A stretch of 64,000 bases of DNA. Source: Acidimicrobiaceae bacterium (GTDB taxonomy: Bacteria > Actinomycetota > Acidimicrobiia > Acidimicrobiales > Ilumatobacteraceae). The first letter of the stretch is position 1. Each line of letters starts with the position of its first letter. The stretch is taken from positions 9,212 to 73,211 of the forward strand of contig JAHEDX010000010.1 of the NCBI GenBank assembly GCA_024641005.1, given 5' to 3'. The translations under genes were made by a program, and so were the position numbers. The notes beneath the pieces are model-generated. The model was not told the DNA's origin. It saw only the letters and a program-made list of their open reading frames with translations, and ran no database searches. Shown piece by piece: positions 49,941 to 60,824 of this stretch.

Positions 49941-49970
49941 ACTCTAGCGAGTCGCTACCCCCCGGTGCAA
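49941..49970 (-). promoter_or_regulatory. Putative sigma70-type promoter for rho
   Basis: TTGCAC-N18-TAGAGT on the minus strand, about 300 nt upstream of rho. Confidence 0.55.
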
Positions 49971-50105
49971 CGCATGGCGAACATGTGTGCGAGTCGGTGC
50001 CACCGGTCGTTTTCGGAACAACCTATGGTGGACGTGCGCGGCGCCGGCGGATCGCCGGCCGGGCGACCTCGGGCCGGGCCACCGGCCCGGACCGGACGAA
50101 GGCCG

Positions 50106-51482
50106 TCAGGCACGCACGCGCGACACCGAGCGGACGAACTGCTGCACCTCGGCCAGGTCGTTCGGCAGCGAATGAGTGCGCTCGGGACGTTCGAACAGAT
50201 CGGCCAGGTGTGGCGGCAACCCCGGTCGGACTCCGGTGGCGCGTTCGACCGCGTCCGGGAACTTGGCAGGGTGGGCCGTCGACAAGGTGATCACCGGCTG
50301 GTCACCGGCCAGCTCACGGGCCGCCCCGATGCCGGTTGCCGTGTGAGGGTCGACCAGCAGACCGGTTTCGGCGTGCACCCGGCGAATCTCGGCGAGGGTC
50401 CGGTCGTCGTCGAACCTGGCGGCACGGAAGTTGCCATCGATGAATTCGGCACGCTGATCGGCCTCGAGTGTCAGACGACCGGTCGCCCGGAACCGCCCGA
50501 GCTGCTCGGCCGTGAGGCCGCCATCGCGCCCGTTCATCTCGAACAGCAGCCGTTCGAAGTTGGAGGACACCTGGATGTCCATGCTGGGGCTGAGCGTCGG
50601 GATGACATCGCGCGTCGACATGTCACCATCATTGATGAAGCGCGTGAGGATGTCGTTGGAGTTCGACGCGACGATGAAGTCGTGGATGGATGCGCCCATT
50701 CGCTGAGCGATCCAGCCCGACAACACATTGCCGAAATTGCCCGTCGGCACGCAGAACGTCGGCGATTCGGCCAACGTCCGCGACGCCGTGACGTAATAGA
50801 CGATCTGGGCCATCACCCGCGCCCAGTTGATCGAGTTGACGGCCGACAGCTGCAGTTCGTCACGGAAGGCTGCATCCCCGAACATCGCCTTGACGAGATC
50901 TTGGCAGTCGTCGAAGTTGCCGTCGACCGCCACGGTGTGGACATTGGGACTGTCGACAGTGGTCATCTGGCGGCGCTGCACGTCACTGGTGCGACCCGAC
51001 GGATAGAGGATCACGATGTCGATGTTCCCGCACTGCTTGACACCGTCGATCGCGGCCGAACCGGTATCGCCGCTCGTCGCTCCGACGATCGTGATCCGTT
51101 GGCCTCGCTGGTCGAGCACGCGGTCGAACATCCGACCGACGAGTTGCAGTGCGACGTCCTTGAACGCCAACGTGGGACCGTGGAACAGCTCGAGCAGCCA
51201 CTGCCGTTCGTCGATCTGCACGAGCGGGACGACTGCGGGATGCCGGAACGTGCCGTACGCCTCGCGACACAGATCGGCGAGTGCGCCATCGCCGAGATCG
51301 TCCCCCACGAAGGGTGACATCACGGCCGCAGCGATGTCCGCGTAGTCGTGGAGACCGGTGAGATCGGGCATGGCCGGCCAGGTGGCCGGCATGTACAGGC
51401 CTCCGTCGTTGGCCAGACCGGCCAACAACACGTCCGCGAACCCCAGATCGGGGGCGAGTCCACGCGACGATACGTACCGCAC
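50106..51482 (-). CDS. thrC: Threonine synthase (long, proteobacterial/fungal-like type)
   Basis: RYVSSRG, GLANDGGLY, LELFHGPTLAFKD (PLP Lys), ATSGDTG, PTGNFGN, TAHPAKF. Confidence 0.95.
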   Translation of the reverse strand: MRYVSSRGLAPDLGFADVLLAGLANDGGLYMPATWPAMPDLTGLHDYADIAAAVMSPFVGDDLGDGALADLCREAYGTFRHPAVVPLVQIDERQWLLELFHGPTLAFKDVALQLVGRMFDRVLDQRGQRITIVGATSGDTGSAAIDGVKQCGNIDIVILYPSGRTSDVQRRQMTTVDSPNVHTVAVDGNFDDCQDLVKAMFGDAAFRDELQLSAVNSINWARVMAQIVYYVTASRTLAESPTFCVPTGNFGNVLSGWIAQRMGASIHDFIVASNSNDILTRFINDGDMSTRDVIPTLSPSMDIQVSSNFERLLFEMNGRDGGLTAEQLGRFRATGRLTLEADQRAEFIDGNFRAARFDDDRTLAEIRRVHAETGLLVDPHTATGIGAARELAGDQPVITLSTAHPAKFPDAVERATGVRPGLPPHLADLFERPERTHSLPNDLAEVQQFVRSVSRVRA

Positions 51483-51483
51483 G

Positions 51484-52773
51484 TCAGGAGCCGATCACTC
51501 GGATGAAGCCCCCGATGTGCCGAACGACGTCGAGATCTCGAAGGGCCTTGACCGTTGCCTGCACATCTGCCTCGCGGGCGAGGTGGGTGATGAACACGAG
51601 CCGGGCGTCGGGGCCGATGCCCTCCTGCTCGGCTGCGCGAATGCTCACCCCATTGGCAGCGAATGCCCCCGTGACAGCATGCAGCACGCCCGGCTGGTCG
51701 GCGACCTCGAGACTCAGGAGGTACTCGGCGCTCGTCTCGTCGATGGGTCGGATGACCGCCTTCCCGAAGGTGCCGAGACTGCCGTGAGCGCCCTTGGACA
51801 GGTTGACCGCTGCGTCGATGACATCGCCCAGCACCGCCGACGCAGTTGGGGCGCCACCCGCACCGCGCCCGTAGAACATCAACTGGCCGACAGCGTCGCC
51901 CTCGACGAAGACTGCGTTGTAGCTCTCACGCACGCTGGCCAACGGATGATGCACCGGCACCATCGCCGGGTGTACCCGAACAGCGACGTCGCCCGATGCC
52001 TGGTCGCGCTCGGCGATGCCGAGCAACTTGACGACATACCCGAGCCGTTTGGCAACCGCGATGTCGGCGGCGGTGATACCGCTGATGCCCTCGTGGTACA
52101 CGTCACCGGCGACCACGCGCGCTCCGAAGGCGATCGACGCGATGATCGCCGCCTTCGCTCCCGCGTCGTACCCCTCGACATCGGCGGTCGGATCGCGCTC
52201 GGCATAGCCGAGCTCCTGCGCCTCGGCGAGCGCTTCGCCGTACTCGGCGCCCTCCTCGCTCATCTTGGTGAGGATGAAGTTGGTCGTACCGTTGAGGATG
52301 CCCATCACACGCGAGATCGGCTCGCCGCGCAGACTCTCGCGCAGGGGACGGATCAGTGGGATACCACCGGCGACCGCAGCTTCGAACAGCAGGTCGACCC
52401 CGTACGAGTCGGCAGCAGCGAACAGTTCGGAGCCGACATTCGCGAGCAGCTCCTTGTTGCCCGTCACGACGGGCTTGCCGGCGGCCAACGCCGCCATGAT
52501 GAGCTCGCGGGCAGGCTCGATACCACCGATCACCTCGACCACCAGATCGATCTCTGGGTCGGCGACGACCGAATGGGCGTCCCTGGTGAGCACACCTTCT
52601 TCGAACGTCAGCCCACGGTCGCGGGACATGTTGCGGACCGCCACCCGCACGACTTCGAGCCGCAGTCCGGTACGAGCCTCGATCATGTCTGCCTGCTGCG
52701 CGATCAGCGGGACGAGGGCACCACCCACGTTTCCGCAGCCGAGCAGGCCGACTCGTATGGTTCGCGAATTCAT
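51484..52773 (-). CDS. hom: Homoserine dehydrogenase with C-terminal ACT domain
   Basis: GCGNVG, FEAAVAGGIP, NGTTNFIL, GYAERDPTADVEG, DQPGVL. Confidence 0.95.
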   Translation of the reverse strand: MNSRTIRVGLLGCGNVGGALVPLIAQQADMIEARTGLRLEVVRVAVRNMSRDRGLTFEEGVLTRDAHSVVADPEIDLVVEVIGGIEPARELIMAALAAGKPVVTGNKELLANVGSELFAAADSYGVDLLFEAAVAGGIPLIRPLRESLRGEPISRVMGILNGTTNFILTKMSEEGAEYGEALAEAQELGYAERDPTADVEGYDAGAKAAIIASIAFGARVVAGDVYHEGISGITAADIAVAKRLGYVVKLLGIAERDQASGDVAVRVHPAMVPVHHPLASVRESYNAVFVEGDAVGQLMFYGRGAGGAPTASAVLGDVIDAAVNLSKGAHGSLGTFGKAVIRPIDETSAEYLLSLEVADQPGVLHAVTGAFAANGVSIRAAEQEGIGPDARLVFITHLAREADVQATVKALRDLDVVRHIGGFIRVIGS

Positions 52774-53008
52774 GTCGTTGGCCACGGCCCGCAGGCTAGG
52801 TGATGCAGGCGCCATTGCCCACGTGGATTGCGGGCCCGACGGGCCACGATCCGCTCCCCCGGTCGGCGGAGCACGGCGGCCACCGGACATCATTCGCGGT
52901 GGACGCGACACGGTGCGGGGATCACAACCGGCAGCGAGCGCGGTCGCGCGGCGCGGTCGGCTGCGTTCCGCTTCCTGCCCGACGACACCGGCGTGCTTGG
53001 CTGACAGT

Positions 53009-53794
53009 ATGCGCAAGCCCCGACTGACCACCCTCCGCGTGCTGCACCGTGCCGACGAGCCGGTGGCGACCTTGCTGCTGAACCGGCCTGAACGCCTCAA
53101 TGCCCTGTCGCTCGACATGCTCCGCGAGATCCCGATCGCATGCCGATGGATGAACGAGACGGTGGCGATCAAGGCTGTCGTCGTGCGCGGGGCAGGTCGA
53201 GCCTTCTCGGCCGGCTTCGACCTGAACGACTTCACCACCATGGACGACCTGTCGTCGCCATCCACGTCCGCCGATCTGGGACGCCTCGCCACAGAGGCCC
53301 TCACCGATACCCGGCCGGTGACGGTGGGGGCGGTACACGGTCACTGTGTGGGCGGCGGGCTGCTGCTCGCCGCGGCCTGCGATCTACGAATCGCCTCGGA
53401 CGACGTGCGGTTCTCGATCCCCGAGGTCGACCTCGGAATCCCCTTGGCGTGGGGAGGAATTCCCAGGCTCGTCCGCGAGCTCGGACCCGCTGTCACCAAG
53501 GAACTGGTGTTGACGTGCCGTCCGTTCGGCGCCGACGAAGCACTCGGCCTGCGATTCCTCAATCGGGTCGTACCCGCTGCCGATCTGGTTGCGTCGGCTG
53601 ACGCGCTCGCCGCGGAACTGGCATCGAAACCCCGCTTCTCGCTGCGGGCCACGAAGACCCAGGTGAACGCGATCATGAACGAGATCGCGGGTATCGAACG
53701 CAACGCGAACGACGCCGACACGCTCGCTGCGGCACTGCGCGATCCCGAATCCCGCGAGGCTGCCCGCGCCTACCTCGCCGAACGCACCACGTGA
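53009..53794 (+). CDS. Enoyl-CoA hydratase/isomerase family protein
   Basis: NRPERLNAL, AFSAGFDL, GGGLLLAAACDLR, PEVDLG. Confidence 0.88.
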   Translation: MRKPRLTTLRVLHRADEPVATLLLNRPERLNALSLDMLREIPIACRWMNETVAIKAVVVRGAGRAFSAGFDLNDFTTMDDLSSPSTSADLGRLATEALTDTRPVTVGAVHGHCVGGGLLLAAACDLRIASDDVRFSIPEVDLGIPLAWGGIPRLVRELGPAVTKELVLTCRPFGADEALGLRFLNRVVPAADLVASADALAAELASKPRFSLRATKTQVNAIMNEIAGIERNANDADTLAAALRDPESREAARAYLAERTT

Positions 53795-53922
53795 GCCGAG
53801 CCGTTCGCGGCCTACGAGATGGACGAACCACCTGGATCAACGGTGATGACTGACGCGGGCCCGTACGGGCTCGACGGGGTGGTCGGCTCCGATGTCGTGA
53901 CCGGTGCGGGTTATGACGCGAG

Positions 53923-55200
53923 TCAGCCCACGTCGGTCGCGAGTAGATCGTCGAACGTCTCTCGGCGGATCACGAGCCGCGCATCGCCGTCGCGGGCGAA
54001 CACGACCGGCGGTCGGGTGATCGCGTTGTAGTTCGAACCCATCGAGCGACCGTACGCACCGGTCACCGGCGTCGCCAACACATCCCCCACTCTCGCGTCG
54101 CCGGGCAGCTTGGCGTCGAACAACAGCACGTCACCACTCTCACAGTGCTTGCCCACGAGACGGCCGTGCTGCGTGCGATCGGCGAACGGAGCGCGCGGCA
54201 GGAACGATTCGTAGCCCGACCCGTACAGGACCGGACGCGGGTTGTCGCTCATGCCGCCATCGACCGAGAAGTAGGTGCGAACCCCGGGGATCTGCTTGAT
54301 CGTGCCGAGCGTGTAGACCGTCAGCGCGGCCGACGCCACGATCGAGCGGCCCGGCTCGACACTGACCCTGGCGGTGACGCCGAGCGACTCACATGCATCC
54401 CTGAGCACATGGCCCCATTGCGTGAGCGTCGGTGCCTCCTCGGTCTCGACGTAGGCGACCCCGAGCCCACCACCGAGTACGAGTTCGGGAAGTCCGAGCG
54501 GCCGAGCGAAGCCCGCCATCACCTCGACCGCCTTGCCGAAGCTGGCCGCGGCAAACACGTTCGAGCCGATGTGACAGTGCAGTCCGACCAGGTTGACGCT
54601 GGGGGAAGCCTGTGCGCGCTCGACCGCCCGCATCGCGTCGCCATTGCCCAGATTGAACCCGAACTTGGAATCGTCCTGACCGGTGGCGATGAACTCATGA
54701 GTATGAGCGTGCACACCTGGTGTGATGCGCAGCAGGATGTCGGGCGTCGGACCGACGCCGATCTCGTGGAGCGCATCGAGACGATCGAGCTCGTCGAACG
54801 AGTCGACGACGATGTGACGCACCCGTTCGGTGATCGCCGTGGTCAGTTCGGCGACGCTCTTGTTGTTGCCGTGCAGCACGCACGAGGCGGCGGGCACACC
54901 GGCGGCCAGCACCGTATGCAGTTCACCGCCTGTAGCGACATCGAGGCGCATCTCCTCCTCGTAGGCGATCCGAGCCATCGCCTTGCACAGGAAGGCCTTG
55001 GAGGCGTACACGGCCTGCTGTGGTCCGAACGCGGCGACAGCCTCACGACATCGGTTGCGGATGTGTTGCTCGTCATAGACGAACAGCGGCGTCCCGAACT
55101 CGGCTGCGAGATCGCGGATCGAGCACCCGCCGATCGTGAGCCAACCGTCGCTGCCGACATCGGCCGTGTCGGGCAGCAGTCGCCGGGGCAGTGCGGTCAC
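53923..55200 (-). CDS. lysA: Diaminopimelate decarboxylase
   Basis: GTPLFVYDE, YASKAF, SKFG, HCHIGS, EPGRS, CESGD, GAYG..MGSNYN. Confidence 0.96.
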   Translation of the reverse strand: MTALPRRLLPDTADVGSDGWLTIGGCSIRDLAAEFGTPLFVYDEQHIRNRCREAVAAFGPQQAVYASKAFLCKAMARIAYEEEMRLDVATGGELHTVLAAGVPAASCVLHGNNKSVAELTTAITERVRHIVVDSFDELDRLDALHEIGVGPTPDILLRITPGVHAHTHEFIATGQDDSKFGFNLGNGDAMRAVERAQASPSVNLVGLHCHIGSNVFAAASFGKAVEVMAGFARPLGLPELVLGGGLGVAYVETEEAPTLTQWGHVLRDACESLGVTARVSVEPGRSIVASAALTVYTLGTIKQIPGVRTYFSVDGGMSDNPRPVLYGSGYESFLPRAPFADRTQHGRLVGKHCESGDVLLFDAKLPGDARVGDVLATPVTGAYGRSMGSNYNAITRPPVVFARDGDARLVIRRETFDDLLATDVG

Positions 55201-56936
55201 ATCGCCTCCGGTGCATCGATGCCGAGCAATCCGAGACCCTGCTCGAGTGTGCGGGCGGTGACGTCACACAGCGCCAGTCTGCTGGACCTCACCGGCTCGT
55301 CGGCCTGCATCACTTGGCAGTGCTCGTAGAACGTCGAGAAGTCCTGGGCGAGCTCGAACAGATAGGTGCACAGTTTGTGAGGTGCGTACGCGGCGAGCGT
55401 CTCGGCGACGACGGTGGGGTAGGCGAGCAACCGCTTGGCGAGCTCACGCTCTTGGGGCTGACCGAGCACGATGGCAAGACCGTGGAGGTCGATCCGATCG
55501 GCCCCGGCTCGACGGAAGATCGAGCAGATTCGCGCATGGGCGTATTGCAGGTAAGGCGCCGTGTTCCCCTCGAACGCCAGCATGCGATCCCAGTCGAACA
55601 CGTAGTCCTTGATGCGATCGTTCGACAGGTCGGCGTACTTCACTGCACCGATCCCGATCGTCCGCGCCACCTCGGCCCTGGTGTCGGCATCGAGCTCGGG
55701 GTTCTTCTCGGCCACCGCTGCCGCCGCGCGCTCGACCGCCTCGTCGAGCAGGTCACTGAGCTTCACGGAGTCACCGGAGCGACTGCGGAGCATCTTGCGG
55801 TCGTCGCCGAGCACGCTGCCGAATGCGATGTGGACCGCTTCGGCCGGCGGGCGCAGCCAGCCGGCCATCTCGGCGACCGTGAACACCATTTGGAGATGCT
55901 GCGCCTGGGGGGCGCCGATGACGTAGAGCAACAAGTCGGCATGCAGCCGTTCGATCCGGTCGAGCACGCACGCCAGATCACTGGTCGCGTACATGAACGC
56001 GCCTGCGCTCGAACGCACGATCAATGGCAACGGTTCGTTGTCGCGATTTGTGAATCCCGGCGCGAACACCACCTGAGCGCCGTCGTTCTCCTCGAGCAGC
56101 CCTGCCTTGCCGAGGCGTTCGTATGCACCTTCCATCAACGGCTGGTACCCGCTCTCACCAGCCAGGTCGTCATCGGTGAGCAGCACACCGAGCCGCGAGT
56201 ACACACCCTGGAAGTAGGTGTTCGACATGTCGACGAGACGCTGCCAGATCTCGATGGTCTCGGGGTCACGGGCCTGGAGTAGCACGACGCGGTCGCGGGC
56301 ACGCTCTTGGAACTCGGTCGACTCGTTGAACTTGGCGTTCGCCGCCTTGTAGAAGCCGTCGAGATCGCCCTGCCCGAGGCCCTCGGCCGCGACGTCTTCG
56401 CCGAGGTCGAGCAGATGCTCGATCAGCATCCCGAACGGCCGGCCCCAGTCACCGATGTGGTTCTCGCGGATCACTCGGTGCCCGGCGAACTCGTGCAACC
56501 GCACCAACGCGTCGCCGATCACCGTCGAGCGAAGATGACCGACGTGCATCTCCTTCGCGACATTCGGGGCCGAGTAGTCGACGACGACCGTGCGGGGCGT
56601 CGATGCCGGGGGGCATCCGAGCCGATCATCCAGCGCGACCGATTGGAGTTGGGCTGCGAGGAACGTGTCGGTGAACGTGAGGTTGATGAACCCTGGGCCG
56701 GCGATCTCGACCTCGCTGCACACGTCGGCGAGCACACCGGAGTCGACGACGCGCTGCGCGACCTCACGCGGGTTCGTGCCCATCTGCTTCGCGAGCGGCA
56801 GCGCGCCGTTGACCTGGGCGTCGGCGCGGTCGCTGGGCCGAACCACCGGATCGGCGTCGGGGCGCCCGGCGATGTCAGCGAACACCGGGGCGAGCAGGTC
56901 GGAGACGATCGACAAGGGGTTGGCCACGTCCGCCAT
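55197..56936 (-). CDS. argS: Arginine--tRNA ligase
   Basis: AGPGFIN, DYSAPNVAKEMHVGHLRS (HIGH), YATSDLA, GNTAPYLQYAHAR. Confidence 0.97.
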   Translation of the reverse strand: MADVANPLSIVSDLLAPVFADIAGRPDADPVVRPSDRADAQVNGALPLAKQMGTNPREVAQRVVDSGVLADVCSEVEIAGPGFINLTFTDTFLAAQLQSVALDDRLGCPPASTPRTVVVDYSAPNVAKEMHVGHLRSTVIGDALVRLHEFAGHRVIRENHIGDWGRPFGMLIEHLLDLGEDVAAEGLGQGDLDGFYKAANAKFNESTEFQERARDRVVLLQARDPETIEIWQRLVDMSNTYFQGVYSRLGVLLTDDDLAGESGYQPLMEGAYERLGKAGLLEENDGAQVVFAPGFTNRDNEPLPLIVRSSAGAFMYATSDLACVLDRIERLHADLLLYVIGAPQAQHLQMVFTVAEMAGWLRPPAEAVHIAFGSVLGDDRKMLRSRSGDSVKLSDLLDEAVERAAAAVAEKNPELDADTRAEVARTIGIGAVKYADLSNDRIKDYVFDWDRMLAFEGNTAPYLQYAHARICSIFRRAGADRIDLHGLAIVLGQPQERELAKRLLAYPTVVAETLAAYAPHKLCTYLFELAQDFSTFYEHCQVMQADEPVRSSRLALCDVTARTLEQGLGLLGIDAPEAM

Positions 56937-57066
56937 TGTGGCCCGATCGGCGCCCGATCACCACGAACGTTGCACGTCCTTGTTGTCGAACGCCACCGAC
57001 CCGGTGTGAGCGTTCGGGTCGCCCGCTAGATTCGCCATGCCGCTCTGATCACTTCGAGCAGCCCCC

Positions 57067-57138
57067 GCCCTCGTAGCTCAGGGGATAGAGCATTGGCCTC
57101 CGAAGCCATGTGCGCAGGTTCGAATCCTGCCGAGGGCG
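57067..57138 (+). tRNA. tRNA-Arg(CCG)
   Basis: Acceptor stem GCCCTCG/CGAGGGC, D-arm GCTC/GAGC, anticodon loop CT-CCG-AA, T-arm GCAGG-TTCGAAT-CCTGC; CCA not encoded; divergent from argS. Confidence 0.95.
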
Positions 57139-57249
57139 CTGCGCCGGCCGGGTCCAGCGGCTCGTGGCCGGCACCGATCTGCTGCGCGTGTCACGAGGCG
57201 ATGACCTTGTGCCCTTGCAGCGCCTGCGCCCGTTGCGGAGAGTCGAATC

Positions 57250-58320
57250 GTGAAGCGCATCACTGCGTCGATCGCCGTATTGGTGGCCCTGGTCGGGGCG
57301 TCGTGCAGCCCCGATGGCACCGCCGTGCCGACCACACCGGCGCCGCCGAGCACCGGGACGACCACCGGCCCGACCACGACCGCGACCTCGATCGTCACCG
57401 CCGGAACGACCACCACAACCACCGGTCCGCCGCACCCTGACGGCACGTCGGTCGCGCCGGGAACAACGGCCCCTGAACTCTGCGACACTTCACAGGCGGA
57501 GACGATCGTCGATTCGGTCGCCACGCTGGCCAGGCTCGATGCCGGCGGAACCTGGCAACCGGGCGCCGAGTCCGAGGTGTTCGGCGACCGGACCAACACC
57601 GCAGCGGAGTACGGCTCACGCCTCGCGTACACCTGCGCCGAGCAGATGGTGCAACACACGGCGACCGGGGCCGAACGGCTGGCGCTCGTCGCCTGGAACG
57701 ACGTGCGTCACGCGGTCGTGTTACAGGCCACCGACAGGCCCTCCGACGCGTACGACACGAAGATCCGCTTCCAGCTGTTTCTCGAACAACCCGACGGTGA
57801 ATGGCTCGAGGACGGATTCGTCTGGGCGGCGACCCTCGCCGACGGCGACACGATCGTGATCGCGACCCGCGACTACAGCACCGGCATCACGGCCAAATCG
57901 TGGCAATCGTTCGTGCCGCGTTTCGAGGACCTACCGGTCACCCTCGAATCCGAGCGGTTCGGTATCGAAGCGCTCACCGCGGTCGGGGCGCGCAACGTGT
58001 CGGTCGCCGAGCCGGCGCCGTACGACTCTTCGATCGGGACGATCCAGTTCAACACCCCGATCGCACTCAGCGCGTTCGCGGTCATCGGCCCCGCCGACGC
58101 ATACGACCCGATGGTCCCGATCGTGGCCGACGGCGTCACGACATTCGAGCAGGTCGACGGAGTTCGGGTCCGGTCGACCGTCGGTATGGAGCTGGTCTCC
58201 GAGCTCCACGAGACCGGGTGGGTCTGCGCAGACCACGCATGGCGCTTGTACACCATGTTCGGAACGGTCGAGGAGTTGCAGGCGTACGCCCGCGACTTGG
58301 TTCGGTCGCTCAGCTGCTGA
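57250..58320 (+). CDS. Putative lipoprotein of unknown function
   Basis: MKR plus hydrophobic stretch plus VGASC lipobox; Thr/Pro-rich linker; GGAG RBS. Confidence 0.7.
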   Translation: MKRITASIAVLVALVGASCSPDGTAVPTTPAPPSTGTTTGPTTTATSIVTAGTTTTTTGPPHPDGTSVAPGTTAPELCDTSQAETIVDSVATLARLDAGGTWQPGAESEVFGDRTNTAAEYGSRLAYTCAEQMVQHTATGAERLALVAWNDVRHAVVLQATDRPSDAYDTKIRFQLFLEQPDGEWLEDGFVWAATLADGDTIVIATRDYSTGITAKSWQSFVPRFEDLPVTLESERFGIEALTAVGARNVSVAEPAPYDSSIGTIQFNTPIALSAFAVIGPADAYDPMVPIVADGVTTFEQVDGVRVRSTVGMELVSELHETGWVCADHAWRLYTMFGTVEELQAYARDLVRSLSC

Positions 58321-58441
58321 GCGACCGACTCCGCCTCTTCGCCGTCGGCGGTGCGCAGGTACCGTGTCGCTGACGCGACGCTTCGGCGACTCGACGCGAC
58401 TCTGGAGGGCCCATGACCGACACCACGACCGCCCACTGCTG

Positions 58442-58861
58442 ATGGCCGACCGCAAGAACGTGAACGACCTCGTCATCGAGGCCAAGGCCCGGATCGAGGA
58501 ACTCTCCGTCGAGCAACTCCAGGCAGAGATCGCGGCCGGTGACGTGACGGTCGTCGACATCCGCGACGTGCGTGAACGGTGGAACCTCGGAGCGATCCCC
58601 GGCGCCAAGTCGATGCCCCGCGGCATGCTCGAGTTCTGGTTCGATCCCGAATCGATCTATTACCGAAAAGGTCTCGACTTCTCGACCCGTTACGTGCTGC
58701 ACTGCGCCGGGGGCCATCGCTCGGCGTTGGCTGCCGACGCGCTGCAACAACTCGGCTACACCAACGTCGCCCATCTCACCGTCGGCTACAACGGCTGGAA
58801 GGAAGCGGGCGGAGCGACCGAAGAGGTGTACCCGGACCCCAAGTACTTCAAGGAACAGTGA
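58442..58861 (+). CDS. Rhodanese-like domain protein
   Basis: VDIRDVRE..G.IPGA..PRGMLEF; CAGGHRS active loop. Confidence 0.88.
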   Translation: MADRKNVNDLVIEAKARIEELSVEQLQAEIAAGDVTVVDIRDVRERWNLGAIPGAKSMPRGMLEFWFDPESIYYRKGLDFSTRYVLHCAGGHRSALAADALQQLGYTNVAHLTVGYNGWKEAGGATEEVYPDPKYFKEQ

Positions 58862-58862
58862 G

Positions 58863-59846
58863 ATGAACGAACCGATCCCCAGCTTCACCGGATTCACGGC
58901 CGTCGTCACCGGTGGCGGCACCGGGATGGGTCGCGAACTCACCCGGCAGCTCGCAGCCCAAGGTTGCCATGTCGCGATCTGCGACATGTCCCAGGAGGCG
59001 ATGGACGAGACGGTCCAGCTCGCCCGAGCTGGCGCGCCGGAGGGCACCCGACTCACCTCCTTCGTGACGGACGTCGCCGATCCCGCCGCGATGGCAGCGT
59101 TCGCGGAGCACGTCGCGACCGAGTTCGGCACGGCCTCGATCAATCTGCTGTTCAACAATGCAGGCATCGGCGGAGGGGGCAGCCTCGTCGTCGGCGACCA
59201 GACCGAGTGGGACCGGGTCTTCGGCGTCTGTTGGGGTGGAGTGCTCAACGGCACGCGTTCGTTCCTACCCATGCTGCAAGCCTCCGAACGGGGCCACGTG
59301 GTCAACACCAGCAGCGTCAACGGCCTGTGGGCCTGTCTCGGACCGACCGGCGCACACACCGCCTACAGCGCCGCCAAGTTCGCGGTACGCGGGTTCACCG
59401 AGGCGCTGATGATCGATTTCCGCGTCAACGCCCCGCACCTGTCGGCATCGGTCGTGATGCCCGGGCACATCGGCACGCTGATCGCCCGCAATTCGATGCT
59501 CGAGTTCGGGCGCAACCCCAAGGACCTCTCCGACGAACAGGTGCTCGAGATCCGGAATCTGCTCCAGCGACGGGGTGTCGACACGTCGGGTGCATCCGAC
59601 GAGGACATCCGCAACCTCATGGCCTTGCGGGTCGACATGTTCGAGAACAACGCACCGACGACCGCCGAACAGGCGGCACGGATCATCCTCGACGGTGTAC
59701 GCGCCGGCGATTGGCGAATCCTGATCGGACCCGACGCCGAAGCGCTCGACACGATGCTGCGCGAGCGGCCGCACGACGCATACACCGAGGCGTTCATGGC
59801 AGAGCTCGCTGCCGACGGCCATTTCGCCGGTCTGATCCAGAGCTGA
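58863..59846 (+). CDS. Short-chain dehydrogenase/reductase
   Basis: TGGGTGMG, NNAGI, NTSS, YSAAK. Confidence 0.92.
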   Translation: MNEPIPSFTGFTAVVTGGGTGMGRELTRQLAAQGCHVAICDMSQEAMDETVQLARAGAPEGTRLTSFVTDVADPAAMAAFAEHVATEFGTASINLLFNNAGIGGGGSLVVGDQTEWDRVFGVCWGGVLNGTRSFLPMLQASERGHVVNTSSVNGLWACLGPTGAHTAYSAAKFAVRGFTEALMIDFRVNAPHLSASVVMPGHIGTLIARNSMLEFGRNPKDLSDEQVLEIRNLLQRRGVDTSGASDEDIRNLMALRVDMFENNAPTTAEQAARIILDGVRAGDWRILIGPDAEALDTMLRERPHDAYTEAFMAELAADGHFAGLIQS

Positions 59847-59974
59847 CGTCGGCTCCCGACGATCGGTCTCGATTCGACGGAGGGTCGATCGGTCTGCACC
59901 CGGTGGCCGTCAATCGACTTTGTGTCGATTCAGCACTGCCGGTCCTGCTCGCCGTGGACCGACGCAGTCAGTCG

Positions 59975-60745
59975 TCAGGCCAGCCCAGCGATGAACTCCA
60001 CGAGCGCTGCGACCACCTCGCCGCGCGCTTCGGTATGAGGTGAGTGTCCCACGTCGTCGAGCACCAGGCGCTCGAACGATCCGGACACCCCCGCTTCGAT
60101 GGCGTCGAGCTGTGCCAGCGTGCCGTACTGGTCGGCGCGGCCCTGGATCGCCAGCACCGGCGCGGTGACGCCCCCGAGCCGACCCTCGATGTTCCACGAG
60201 CGGAACTCGTCGCTCAGCCAGACATCGTTCCAACCGCGAAACGTCGCCGTCGGATCCTGGTGATAGCGGCCCATCCGGTCGGACATGTCGCTCGATTCGA
60301 ACGCGATTCGGGCCCGCTCGATCCCGGCGATCGACTCTGGCTCGACGAACACGTGTGGTGCCATACAGACGAGTCCTGCCGCAGCGTTACCCGCTCCCGC
60401 GTACAGCAACGCGATCGACGCCCCGTCGCTGTGGCCGATCAGCACCGGTCGCTCGACTCCGAACACCGAGAGCACCGCCGGCAACACCGTGTCGGCTTCG
60501 TGGTGCATATATGACACCGGGCGCGGCAGATGCGCCGGGCCGCTGGCACCGTGACCGTGGCGGGCGTAGGTGAGCACCGTCGGCCAGCCTGTCGCCGCGG
60601 CGATCTCAGCGGGCACGCCTCGCCACAGATCGATCGAACCGAGCCCCTCGTGGAGGAAGACCAGCGGAGGCGAGTCGTCGGCGCCGCGAACGAACTCGCA
60701 CTCGACGGGCCCACCGGCCACATCGATCAACTCGCGCACGCCCAT
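59975..60745 (-). CDS. Alpha/beta hydrolase
   Basis: FLHEGLG, GHSDG nucleophile elbow, D.YG, GHSPH. Confidence 0.9.
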   Translation of the reverse strand: MGVRELIDVAGGPVECEFVRGADDSPPLVFLHEGLGSIDLWRGVPAEIAAATGWPTVLTYARHGHGASGPAHLPRPVSYMHHEADTVLPAVLSVFGVERPVLIGHSDGASIALLYAGAGNAAAGLVCMAPHVFVEPESIAGIERARIAFESSDMSDRMGRYHQDPTATFRGWNDVWLSDEFRSWNIEGRLGGVTAPVLAIQGRADQYGTLAQLDAIEAGVSGSFERLVLDDVGHSPHTEARGEVVAALVEFIAGLA

Positions 60746-60824
60746 CGGGGCATGATGTCATCTCAGCCGATCCGTCGGCTGCACCTCGGCGCGCGAGCCG
60801 CATCCGAGAGCCATGATGGCGAGA

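Noticed and set aside
57139..57141. tRNA lacks an encoded CCA
   Set aside because: Common in actinobacteria, where CCA is added post-transcriptionally
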